Part shown: positions 9,858 to 17,442 of the stretch, piece by piece
Layout of the letters: every line of letters begins with the position of its first letter
Numbering within the stretch: the stretch's first letter is position 1
From: a virus
Lineage: Duplodnaviria; Caudoviricetes
DNA: 31,768 nt
Virus record (IMG/VR): IMGVR_UViG_3300017914_000231
Coordinates: 1 to 31,768 of that record
Direction: 5' to 3' (one strand)
Position numbers and translations under genes: made by a program
The notes under the pieces: model-generated
Told to the model about the DNA's origin: nothing
Database searches by the model: none
The model's input: the letters and a program-made list of their open reading frames with translations, nothing else

Positions 9858-10629
9858 CTTGATCGATACGTCTGCCGCTATCGTTAGCCAGATGGATAAG
9901 GGCGTACAGCTTGTCGGCGCGGGGCTAGACTACGCTTACACTGGCTCTGGCTTAACAGATGGCAACGCAGCAAGTTCGGCTGCCATAAGCAGCGAGATGC
10001 TACAAGCATACAACAGCGCACTAGTTAATATGCAGAATTACCTACCGTATGGTTCTGTTCAGAGTGTTCTAGATGAAAGAGCAAGCGAGCATTTATCGCT
10101 TATGAACGAAGCAGTAGACACGTTTACTGAGGTTGTTGTCGATATGGCTCAAGTGATAGAGGTCGCAGAGATAAGCGAAGCGGCTGTTACACCAGATGAG
10201 CAAGCAGAGGTTCAAGAGTACGTTGCGAACAATCAAGAGACTTTGTCTATTAGTCAAGAAGAAGTAGATACATACAACCAGTCGCTAGAAGATATCGAGA
10301 CTCACGCGAACGCGGCTAGTGCGTTCATCGCGGTAGCGGCTAACCCAGATGCGGTAGACTTCTTGCAACAGGGCGCAGAGAACAACAACACGACAGCTGA
10401 GGCGGCTACTTTAAGTTATTCAGCGAACAACCAGTGGGTCAGCATGGCTTGGGCGGGTACAAACAACGCTACAGCTGTTTATCTAAATGGTAACGACAAC
10501 TTCGGAATGAACCTGTATGTCAGCGATGCAGACGCTTTGCTAGCCGGTAGCGAATCAGAGTTCTACCAGACATCGCCTTTAGGTATGGGCTATAGCTGCT
10601 TTATGTATGGTGAGTGCAGTGAGTATTGA
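9793..10629 (+). CDS. Exported, highly acidic, predicted helical protein, function unknown
   Basis: Signal peptide MLKKIISLLLISSAVQG; almost no Lys/Arg in the mature part; C-terminal CFMYGEC. Confidence 0.75.
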   Translation: MLKKIISLLLISSAVQGNELNDLIDTSAAIVSQMDKGVQLVGAGLDYAYTGSGLTDGNAASSAAISSEMLQAYNSALVNMQNYLPYGSVQSVLDERASEHLSLMNEAVDTFTEVVVDMAQVIEVAEISEAAVTPDEQAEVQEYVANNQETLSISQEEVDTYNQSLEDIETHANAASAFIAVAANPDAVDFLQQGAENNNTTAEAATLSYSANNQWVSMAWAGTNNATAVYLNGNDNFGMNLYVSDADALLAGSESEFYQTSPLGMGYSCFMYGECSEY

Positions 10630-11095
10630 GGACAGCGAACTTAAGATCGGCGGGCAGACGTTCAAGGGTGCTTGGATAGCGGTAGTTCTAGCGATAGGCT
10701 CTACTGTAGGCGGTGGCGTATGGACAGCAAGCAGTCTGTATAGTAGATTAGAATCTGTAGAGGCAAGACAAATACCGGACGTACAGCCAATGCAAGAGTC
10801 GATACAGTTAATTCAGCAACAGTTGCGGGATAACGATATAAGCCAATTAAGCGCGAAATTAGCGACTTTAGGCACTAACCTTGCAACCATACTCGAACAG
10901 CAAGAAAAGCTGTTAGAACTGAAAGCAGAGGTTTCTACGCTATCTAAAGAGATAGAAAGCATGAAAGGCACTGTAGCGAAAGCTGAGGTCATTGCAGATG
11001 ATATGGGCGATATTGACGACAGGCTTAAAGTTTTAAACCGAGAAGCACAGGATTTGTGGGACGCAGTACAGTTCCTTAGCGATCCATTGAGGTGA
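10607..11095 (+). CDS. Membrane-anchored coiled-coil protein (i-spanin-like topology)
   Basis: TM segment AWIAVVLAIGSTVGGGVW, then a long heptad pattern. The start may be GTG at 10619. Confidence 0.7.
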   Translation: MVSAVSIEDSELKIGGQTFKGAWIAVVLAIGSTVGGGVWTASSLYSRLESVEARQIPDVQPMQESIQLIQQQLRDNDISQLSAKLATLGTNLATILEQQEKLLELKAEVSTLSKEIESMKGTVAKAEVIADDMGDIDDRLKVLNREAQDLWDAVQFLSDPLR

Positions 11096-11472
11096 ATATG
11101 TGGCAGAGTTTGATTAGTCCGATAGCTAACCTAGCGGGCGGATACTTAAAAAACAAGGCAGAACAGAGCAAAGCTAAGCACGAAGCCAAGATGAACATCA
11201 TTCAGAATGACGCTGATTGGGAGTCTAAGATGGTTGATGCTTCAGCTAATTCGTGGAAAGACGAGTTCTGGACGCTGATATTAGCAACGCCTGTATTTAT
11301 GGTAGGATATGCTATAGTAGCTAATGATTTGACAGTAATTGACAGGGTACACGCGGCGTTTAGTGCGCTAAGCGAATTGCCAGAGTGGTATCAGTATTTG
11401 CTGTTTATATGCATCTCAAGTAGCTTCGGCATCAGAGGCGCATCGAAACTAATGAACATGAGGTCAAAGTAA
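11092..11472 (+). CDS. Holin (3TM / GTA-holin-like)
   Basis: ADWE..M...SWKDEFWT..TM..LPEWYQY..TM..SSFGIR; directly upstream of the endolysin. Confidence 0.75.
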   Translation: MNMWQSLISPIANLAGGYLKNKAEQSKAKHEAKMNIIQNDADWESKMVDASANSWKDEFWTLILATPVFMVGYAIVANDLTVIDRVHAAFSALSELPEWYQYLLFICISSSFGIRGASKLMNMRSK

Positions 11473-11915
11473 TGACAGATAAACCTAAAGCTAAAGCAAA
11501 AGCTAAGCCTAAAACGGAGCAAAAGAACTACTTCAGCGAAAAAGAGTTACGCTGTAAGCACTCAGGCGAGTACTTCTTCGATGAAGATTTTCTCAAGCTG
11601 CTTAATAAAATTAGAGAAGAGTGCGGCTTTCCATTGCGTATAACTAGCGGCTACAGATCAGAACAGCACCCTACAGAGGCAAGAAAAATTAGATTCAATA
11701 AGCCGGCGGGATCGCATAACAAAGGTAAGGCGGTTGACGTAGGAGTTACTGGCGAAAAAGCACTTAAGCTAATCGAAGTAGCAATGAGCAATGGCATTAC
11801 TAGAATCGGCATAAATCAAAAAGGAGATAGCCGGTTTATTCATCTTGACGTATGTAAGCAATCTGACTTTCCTGAAATCGAGCATTATCCTGAAGTTGCT
11901 ATATGGTCTTACTAG
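11472..11915 (+). CDS. Endolysin, peptidase M15A family
   Basis: YFSEKELRC, LRITSGYRS, SHNKGKAVD and FIHLD zinc-peptidase motifs. Confidence 0.9.
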   Translation: MTDKPKAKAKAKPKTEQKNYFSEKELRCKHSGEYFFDEDFLKLLNKIREECGFPLRITSGYRSEQHPTEARKIRFNKPAGSHNKGKAVDVGVTGEKALKLIEVAMSNGITRIGINQKGDSRFIHLDVCKQSDFPEIEHYPEVAIWSY

Positions 11916-11946
11916 CGGTTGCGAACTATACATTCGACACCGAAAC

Positions 11947-11970
11947 GCCCCTACACAGGGGCTTTTTTTT
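11947..11970 (+). terminator. Intrinsic terminator ending the late operon
   Basis: GCCCCT-ACAC-AGGGGC followed by T8. Confidence 0.9.
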
Positions 11971-11991
11971 GCCCTAAAATAATATGAACGC

Positions 11992-12048
11992 TTTACTTTA
12001 GGCGCGATACGCCGCATACTAGGCACTCAATCAATCAAATATAAAGGT
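11992..12048 (+). promoter_or_regulatory. Sigma70-like early promoter with conserved leader (copy 1)
   Basis: TTTACT(11992-11997)-17 nt-CATACT(12015-12020), then CTCAATCAATCAAAT and AAAGGT; near-copy at 17378. Confidence 0.75.
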
Positions 12049-12054
12049 AATATT

Positions 12055-12231
12055 ATGAATCAATCTAATGATAAAACAGTCGATACTCTAATTGACGCTC
12101 TACTTGAGGGTAGAGACCCGCACTACGTAATTGGTTATATGGGCGCAATGATGACGCGCTATATGGAAGCTGACGACTCAGTAGCTGACGACGTAAATCT
12201 ACATATCGATCTTATACAGGAGTGCAAGTAA
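12055..12231 (+). CDS. Small acidic early protein (58 aa, MNQSNDKTVDTLIDALLEG...; not in ORF track)
   Basis: AAGGT RBS after the promoter; the stop overlaps the next start (TAATG). Confidence 0.7.
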   Translation: MNQSNDKTVDTLIDALLEGRDPHYVIGYMGAMMTRYMEADDSVADDVNLHIDLIQECK

Positions 12232-12539
12232 TGGAAATTCATAACTTCGAAGATTTTCGCTACACCGAATCAGTTGGTCTTAGCAAGTGTTTCGCCGCAC
12301 TTGCTGAGGCTGTTAAAACTCAAAAGTATTACATAGACGTTATTGATATCGGCTTTAATCCAGAGAGCAAGTACGTTTATATTGCCATTGAGTCAGGCGT
12401 TCAGATCGTCTGTCAGAGTGGCGGCGATGTCGATTACTACGTATTCGGCATGGACGATGAAGAGCATTTTTTCACGACATACGAAGATGCTCATGTGTTT
12501 TTATGCAACGAAGAATATGACTATGAGGAGATAGAATAA
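12231..12539 (+). CDS. Acidic hypothetical early protein
   Basis: TAATG coupling at both ends; AGGAG upstream of the ATG at 12231 (track start 12222). Confidence 0.7.
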   Translation: MEIHNFEDFRYTESVGLSKCFAALAEAVKTQKYYIDVIDIGFNPESKYVYIAIESGVQIVCQSGGDVDYYVFGMDDEEHFFTTYEDAHVFLCNEEYDYEEIE

Positions 12540-12721
12540 TGAACTTTAAAGATATGACTGACTATGAGCGCGGTGAGTATGACTGCGTTCATGGACACGC
12601 CGTTCGTGATGATGAGACACCCGAATACTACTCAGGCTATGGCGATGCTTACGCTATGGAGCAGTCGGCTACTTGGTACAGCGAGAAGAGGTTTCTTGAT
12701 ATCATGGGGGCGGCAGAATGA
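12539..12721 (+). CDS. Small acidic hypothetical protein
   Basis: 60 aa, GAGGAG RBS, coupled to both neighbours. Confidence 0.7.
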   Translation: MNFKDMTDYERGEYDCVHGHAVRDDETPEYYSGYGDAYAMEQSATWYSEKRFLDIMGAAE

Positions 12722-13323
12722 GCGTTTGGAAAACTTTAGCAGCAATCGATGTTTCTAATCACGTTGAAACAAAAAATAATCTCTATTACTTATCGTGGGG
12801 GTGGGCTTGGTCTACCCTCTGCGAGCATTACCCAGATTCAACCTACTCTTACTCAGAGCCTAAATGGTGCGATAGAACTAACACTGTTGAGGTTGAGGTA
12901 ACAGTAACGGTCGAGGGTAAGGCTATATCAATGTGGCTACCGGTAATGGATTACAGAATGAAAGCTATTGAGTCGCCTACTAGCAGAGATATCAGCGATG
13001 CGCGTATAAGATGTCTTGTTAAGTGTATTGCGATGCATGGCTTAGGTATGTGCCTATACATGGGCGAAACGAAGCCACAGGCGTTTACAGATGCTTCTAA
13101 GGAGCAAGAGAAGTATCAGCAACAAATCGCAGACTTAATGCCAAGCGTTAAGGCGATTAAAGATGGTATTGCAGTTAATGACTTAGCAACAGCTAATGAA
13201 TCTTGGTCAGAATTGACAGATACCGAAAAGCAACTATTATGGGTTGCACCTAGTCGCGGCGGAGTCTTTTCGACTCAAGAACGCGCCATAATGAAAACAC
13301 CAGAGTTCCGAGAGGCACGATAG
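12718..13323 (+). CDS. Sak-like (Rad52-like, DUF1071-type) ssDNA annealing protein
   Basis: IDVSNHVETKNNLYYLSWGWAW, LPVMDYR and RCLVKCIAMHGLG motifs. Confidence 0.85.
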   Translation: MSVWKTLAAIDVSNHVETKNNLYYLSWGWAWSTLCEHYPDSTYSYSEPKWCDRTNTVEVEVTVTVEGKAISMWLPVMDYRMKAIESPTSRDISDARIRCLVKCIAMHGLGMCLYMGETKPQAFTDASKEQEKYQQQIADLMPSVKAIKDGIAVNDLATANESWSELTDTEKQLLWVAPSRGGVFSTQERAIMKTPEFREAR

Positions 13324-13331
13324 GAGATACT

Positions 13332-13637
13332 ATGAAAGCAAGAGTTAACATATCAATCGATGTAACTAAGATAGATAAAGACCGTCTGGTCAAGGGTGCT
13401 AAAGGCACTTATCTGAACTTAACTACCTTAGTCGATACAGCTAATGAATCGCAGTATGGCGATCATGGCTTTATCACTCAGTCTGTTACTAAGGAAGAAC
13501 GCGAAGCGGGATTGCAAACGCCGATTCTAGGCAATAGCAAAGTAGTCTATATTGAGGGCGAAGATACAGGCAGAACACAGCCGGCTCGCAATGTCGAAAA
13601 GGTTCAAGCTATCCTAGATGATGATATACCGTTCTAG
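13332..13637 (+). CDS. Putative single-stranded DNA-binding protein
   Basis: Follows the Sak-like gene; C-terminal DDDIPF tail typical of SSBs. Confidence 0.7.
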   Translation: MKARVNISIDVTKIDKDRLVKGAKGTYLNLTTLVDTANESQYGDHGFITQSVTKEEREAGLQTPILGNSKVVYIEGEDTGRTQPARNVEKVQAILDDDIPF

Positions 13638-13639
13638 TT

Positions 13640-13666
13640 AAAAACCCCGCCCCCGAAAGGGCGGGT
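13640..13666 (-). terminator. GC hairpin oriented as a minus-strand terminator
   Basis: A5 precedes CCCGCCC-CCGAAA-GGGCGGG, so the U-tract is on the minus strand only. Confidence 0.5.
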
Positions 13667-13728
13667 AAACCATAGGAGATGATGGTCGGGGAAACCATCA
13701 AAGCCAGTGTAACAAATAGGAGATATTA

Positions 13729-13923
13729 ATGATACATTTTGGAGAAAGTCTTAAGCGAGCGCAGAAGCTTACAGGGGTCAATTCTACTGACCTTGCGGGC
13801 TTGCTTGGCGTAAAAAAGCAGCAAATATTCATCTGGCGTAACAAGGAAAACTGCCGCTTAGATACAGCTGTTAAGGTGAGTCAAGCTTTAGGCTTTACCG
13901 TTGATGAGTTTATTTCCCTGTAA
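13729..13923 (+). CDS. Cro/XRE-like HTH regulator
   Basis: 64 aa; FGESLK..STDLAGLLGVKKQQIFIWR..LDTAVKVSQALG; AGGAG RBS. Confidence 0.85.
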   Translation: MIHFGESLKRAQKLTGVNSTDLAGLLGVKKQQIFIWRNKENCRLDTAVKVSQALGFTVDEFISL

Positions 13924-13937
13924 GCAAATGTAATACT
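13909..13937 (+). promoter_or_regulatory. Putative sigma70-like promoter for the downstream structured element
   Basis: TTTATT-17 nt-AATACT with extended TG; the predicted +1 (about 13943) coincides with the first stem. Confidence 0.45.
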
Positions 13938-13942
13938 TAAAA

Positions 13943-14202
13943 GTTATCGGGCTAGAGGCTAGGGAATCACTTGAATTAAACCCTAGAGACGAGTTGCCAA
14001 TTACTGACATAGCCTACGGAGAGAGTCGGTACTCTTGAAGTAATAGATTAGATATTCGATACGATAACGACATATACCGCTGAGTCGCTCGCGCCCTCAG
14101 ATCGTTTTTTAGCAGCGTTTGCGTTGTTAAGGGTTAAGGGTGCTTGTATAAAAATATGTATTTAAAGTTACTTTCAATCAATCAGGCGAGGTTTACCGAG
14201 CC
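13943..14202 (+). ncRNA. Candidate structured ncRNA and/or replication origin
   Basis: Longest ORF-free stretch of the genome, with at least seven complementary segment pairs (see findings). Confidence 0.55.
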
Positions 14203-14217
14203 ATAGGAGATAAGAAG

Positions 14218-14442
14218 ATGTCGCAAGCTGAAAGAGTTTTACAGTATCTAAAAAATGGTAATACGATCACTACATTGAATGCGTTCAATGAGTTAGGGAT
14301 TACACGTTTAGCCGCCAGAGTTCACGAGTTAAAAAGAGACGGTTATAACGTAATGAAAAAAACAATAACAGTTAATAACAGATATGATGAAAAATGTTCT
14401 GTTGCTGAATACTACTTAGGAGACAATCATGCTACTGAATAA
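14218..14442 (+). CDS. Winged-HTH DNA-binding protein (HTH_39-like)
   Basis: SQAERVLQYLKNG..IT...A...LGITRLAARVHELK..GY...VAEYYL. Confidence 0.8.
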   Translation: MSQAERVLQYLKNGNTITTLNAFNELGITRLAARVHELKRDGYNVMKKTITVNNRYDEKCSVAEYYLGDNHATE

Positions 14443-14806
14443 CGGAGATACCTACACCCCAGATGATGCCGATGTTATTGCTTGGCAGAAAACCTATCCG
14501 GCAATCGATGTCTATCAGGAACTAAATGCAATGGAGTCATGGCTAGACGCTAACCCATCGCGTAGAAAGACCGCAAGAGGTATCAAGCGTTTTATCAACT
14601 CATGGCTTTCACGCGCTCAAGATCGTGGCGGCTCGCCACAAGTTAGGTCTAAGAAGAACAGTAGCCGAGATGTAAGTGTTGAAGATAAGCTTGCAGACGT
14701 ATCTTGGGTTCAGAATGAAGAGGCTAAGGCAAGGGCGATGAGCCTATTTACTAGCAAGTACGGCTTCTATTGGGACGGAGAAAAGAGGGTCGAAAAGCAT
14801 GGGTAA
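14429..14806 (+). CDS. Stand-alone C-terminal domain of a phage replication initiator (replisome organiser)
   Basis: W..TYPAIDV.QEL..M..WL.ANP.RRKT.RGIKRFINSWL.RAQD resembles the C-terminus of O-like initiators; only 125 aa. Confidence 0.6.
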   Translation: MLLNNGDTYTPDDADVIAWQKTYPAIDVYQELNAMESWLDANPSRRKTARGIKRFINSWLSRAQDRGGSPQVRSKKNSSRDVSVEDKLADVSWVQNEEAKARAMSLFTSKYGFYWDGEKRVEKHG

Positions 14807-15080
14807 TATCAAGTATGTGAAGTACAAAGGTACTAAGTCTAAGGTATTAGAAACAGGCAAGCTGTACACCTATAAAGAGATAGCCGCCGCCGCTAACGTA
14901 AGCTATCGTTGCATGACAAGCCGTATAGCTGCCAGAGACTTTTTCACCGATAAAGAACTCGCGCCGCTATGCGACAAGAAGATACCAAAGCGTTGGCGTA
15001 ATGCCGCTGACTATACGCATAGTCGATTTGATAACCCTATAGAAGCTTTATCAGACAAATACTTAAGGTTAAAGCTATGA
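14799..15080 (+). CDS. Basic hypothetical protein, possible HTH
   Basis: YTYKEIAAAANVSYRCMTSRI; overlaps both neighbours. Confidence 0.6.
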   Translation: MGNIKYVKYKGTKSKVLETGKLYTYKEIAAAANVSYRCMTSRIAARDFFTDKELAPLCDKKIPKRWRNAADYTHSRFDNPIEALSDKYLRLKL

Positions 15081-15535
15081 CGCAAGGTACGTTCATCAAG
15101 TACAACAGCGCAGATGACGTTGACAAAAAGATCAAGTTCTTGATCGATCAGCTTAAGGGGTGGGATTATTCTCGCCCCTTAGCACTTAAGCTAGAGCCAT
15201 ATCAGGACGAAAGAAGCCTAAGCCAGAACGCACTTTTCCATATGTGGTGCAGAGAGATAACGAATCAGATGAAAAAGAAAGGCTTTCACGTTGTCGAGGG
15301 TGATGCGGTAGAGGCATGGAAGCTTTGGCTTAAGAGACGCTTTTTAGGGACTGATAATTTTCGCATTCGCAACACTACTATAGAGGGGCAAGTTCGCCGC
15401 AGTAGTGCGCTAAATAAGGGCGAGATGGTACATTTTATGGATCAATGCTATCATTGGGCTACAGAGCAAGGTATAAAGTTAACCGTACCACTCGAAAGTG
15501 AATATGCTGAGTTAAAAAACCAACAGGAGAAATAG
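15077..15535 (+). CDS. ninB: NinB/YbcN-family protein
   Basis: RSLSQNALFHMWCREI and SSALNKGEMVHFMDQ..WA.EQGI.L motifs. Confidence 0.8.
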   Translation: MTQGTFIKYNSADDVDKKIKFLIDQLKGWDYSRPLALKLEPYQDERSLSQNALFHMWCREITNQMKKKGFHVVEGDAVEAWKLWLKRRFLGTDNFRIRNTTIEGQVRRSSALNKGEMVHFMDQCYHWATEQGIKLTVPLESEYAELKNQQEK

Positions 15536-15537
15536 CC

Positions 15538-16767
15538 ATGTCGAGCATCGACCCTAGAACGCTATTGAGTTTGGATATACCGATAACAGCAAGACAAAGA
15601 GAGTATCTAGAAGCGACAATAGAGTGCGGGTCGCATACTAAGGCAGCCAAGAAATTAGGCGTAAGCCGAAGAGCAGTTGATAGAGGGATAAAGCTAGTTG
15701 AAGCGAAAGCCGCCGCAGTAGGTGTCGCGCCGCACCGAGACTTGACGCATCAAACTGCTGAGGGCTTCAACGCTAAAAGAATATCTACAGCCTACAAAGA
15801 AGATGGGTCAGTTGCGCTTCAGTGGGTCATACAAGAGCCAGAGAAAAAAGACATAAGGGCTAAGCTAGAAGCTACTCTTGAGGGTCTAACTGACGACCTT
15901 ACCGGATTCAAAAAACCAGTTCCACCACCCAAAGATGTCGATGAAGATTACTGCTCGATGCTACTGATCGGCGACCACCACTTCGGTATGCTCTGCGATG
16001 CTGACGCAAAGCTTGATGATGACTCTTGGGATACGAAGATTGCTACTGAGGTTCTCATCAACGCGACTGAGAGGCTGTTGAACAGGGTCGGTAACGCGCA
16101 TACAGGCGTACTGGTTAACGTAGGCGACTTCTTTCACGCAGATTCTAGTAAAGCAGAAACTACAGCCGGTACTCGCGTAGATGTCGATGGTCGCATATCT
16201 AGAACTTTCAAGCTTGCCGGTAGACTGTTTCAGATACTAATCGACAAGATGCTCGAGAGACACCAAGAGGTCGTAGTTATCAACGTGCGAGGAAACCACG
16301 ACTCTGACATGGCTTGCCACCTATCAAGCTGCTTAGAACTTCTCTACGACAAAGAGCCTAGAGTAAACGTCTTGAAGAACTACTCTAAGTTCATTCATTG
16401 GACATGGAATAACAACCTATTCGTATATCATCATGGCGACCGTATTAAGCCAGAGCAGATACTTCAGACCGTTGTCACTAACCTTGATGATGACTGGTCG
16501 AACTGCAAGAACCGTTACTGTCATCTAGGACATATTCACCACCACGTTGAGCGTGAAGTAGGTAGCATGATGTTTAGCTACTGGGGTTCACTAACTGCGA
16601 CCGACCAGTGGCACAGCGACTCAGGATATGGCGCAGAAAGATCGATGACAGCCATTGTATATCACGCTGAAAACGGTGAAGATAGTAGGGTAAAAATAAC
16701 AATAGATGCGATCAATGATGACGAAAATACTAGAGTTTCCGGACGGAAAAAAGGGCAAAAAGCATGA
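15538..16767 (+). CDS. HTH-fused calcineurin-like metallophosphoesterase
   Basis: N-terminal SHTKAAKKLGVSRRAV; GDHH, GDFFH, GNHD, HHGD and GHIHH motifs. Confidence 0.85.
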   Translation: MSSIDPRTLLSLDIPITARQREYLEATIECGSHTKAAKKLGVSRRAVDRGIKLVEAKAAAVGVAPHRDLTHQTAEGFNAKRISTAYKEDGSVALQWVIQEPEKKDIRAKLEATLEGLTDDLTGFKKPVPPPKDVDEDYCSMLLIGDHHFGMLCDADAKLDDDSWDTKIATEVLINATERLLNRVGNAHTGVLVNVGDFFHADSSKAETTAGTRVDVDGRISRTFKLAGRLFQILIDKMLERHQEVVVINVRGNHDSDMACHLSSCLELLYDKEPRVNVLKNYSKFIHWTWNNNLFVYHHGDRIKPEQILQTVVTNLDDDWSNCKNRYCHLGHIHHHVEREVGSMMFSYWGSLTATDQWHSDSGYGAERSMTAIVYHAENGEDSRVKITIDAINDDENTRVSGRKKGQKA

Positions 16768-16933
16768 GGGCGATGACGGCGGTTTGCGACTTACTAAGGA
16801 GTTCTGCGGTACTTGTGGCGGTTCTCTTGATCTTTGGACTGGTAATGATGGCGTGGCTTATGGGCTTTGTAATAGGTGTGATTTTTCGATTGGTCAATAC
16901 CCCATTGTGGGTCTGGAGAACCTTGAGGACTAA
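16706..16933 (+). CDS. Small zinc-ribbon protein
   Basis: CGTC...CNRC; stop abuts the ninG start; true start probably 16715 or 16718. Confidence 0.6.
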   Translation: MRSMMTKILEFPDGKKGKKHEGDDGGLRLTKEFCGTCGGSLDLWTGNDGVAYGLCNRCDFSIGQYPIVGLENLED

Positions 16934-17365
16934 ATGGCTAGACGTAAGAAAAGGACAATAGCGCAAGAGGTCGAAGCCGCCGCAAAGCTGCTACAGAAAT
17001 ACGTTCGGCTTAAGGCATCAGACGATAACGGCTATTGCACTTGCGTTACTTGCGGCAAGGTAGATCATTATAAGGCTATGCAAGGCGGTCATTTCTACAG
17101 CCGGCGGCATACTGTATTCAAACTATTCGAAGAGAACATACACCCCCAATGCCCCTCATGCAATGTTTATGGCATGAAAACAACCAGAACTCAGGAAGCA
17201 TACCGTATCTATATGGAAGATATGTACGGCGCAAGACGCATAAGAGCGATGCAAAGATTGGCTTGGAGAGCCGCACCGAAGTTCGACAGGCAAGAGGTCA
17301 TACAGTTTCAGCGCGATTTAAAAGAGAAGATCAAGCAAGAGGAATACCGTATCGGTGAGTATTAG
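16934..17365 (+). CDS. ninG: NinG/Rap-family endonuclease
   Basis: LQKYVRL, CVTCG, GGHFYSR and ENIHPQCPSCN motifs. Confidence 0.9.
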   Translation: MARRKKRTIAQEVEAAAKLLQKYVRLKASDDNGYCTCVTCGKVDHYKAMQGGHFYSRRHTVFKLFEENIHPQCPSCNVYGMKTTRTQEAYRIYMEDMYGARRIRAMQRLAWRAAPKFDRQEVIQFQRDLKEKIKQEEYRIGEY

Positions 17366-17377
17366 TTAAATAAACGC

Positions 17378-17433
17378 TTTACTTTAGTCGATTGATGTAT
17401 CAGAATTAGAGTCTCAATCAATCAAATAAAGGT
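17378..17433 (+). promoter_or_regulatory. Sigma70-like early promoter with conserved leader (copy 2)
   Basis: TTTACT(17378-17383)-17 nt-CAGAAT(17401-17406), then CTCAATCAATCAAAT-AAAGGT. Confidence 0.75.
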
Positions 17434-17442
17434 TAATTTACT

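Noticed and set aside
12343-12758. Alternative + frame ORFs 12343-12534 and 12564-12758 (also 17149-17358 and 31276-31458)
   Set aside because: They are nested in better-coupled genes; their Met/Leu-rich composition is typical of frame shadows.
13943-14130. tRNA, tmRNA, hammerhead/HDV ribozyme or CRISPR identity for the structured element
   Set aside because: No T-loop or cloverleaf, no CUGANGA/GAAA core, no HDV topology and no repeat-spacer periodicity found by eye.
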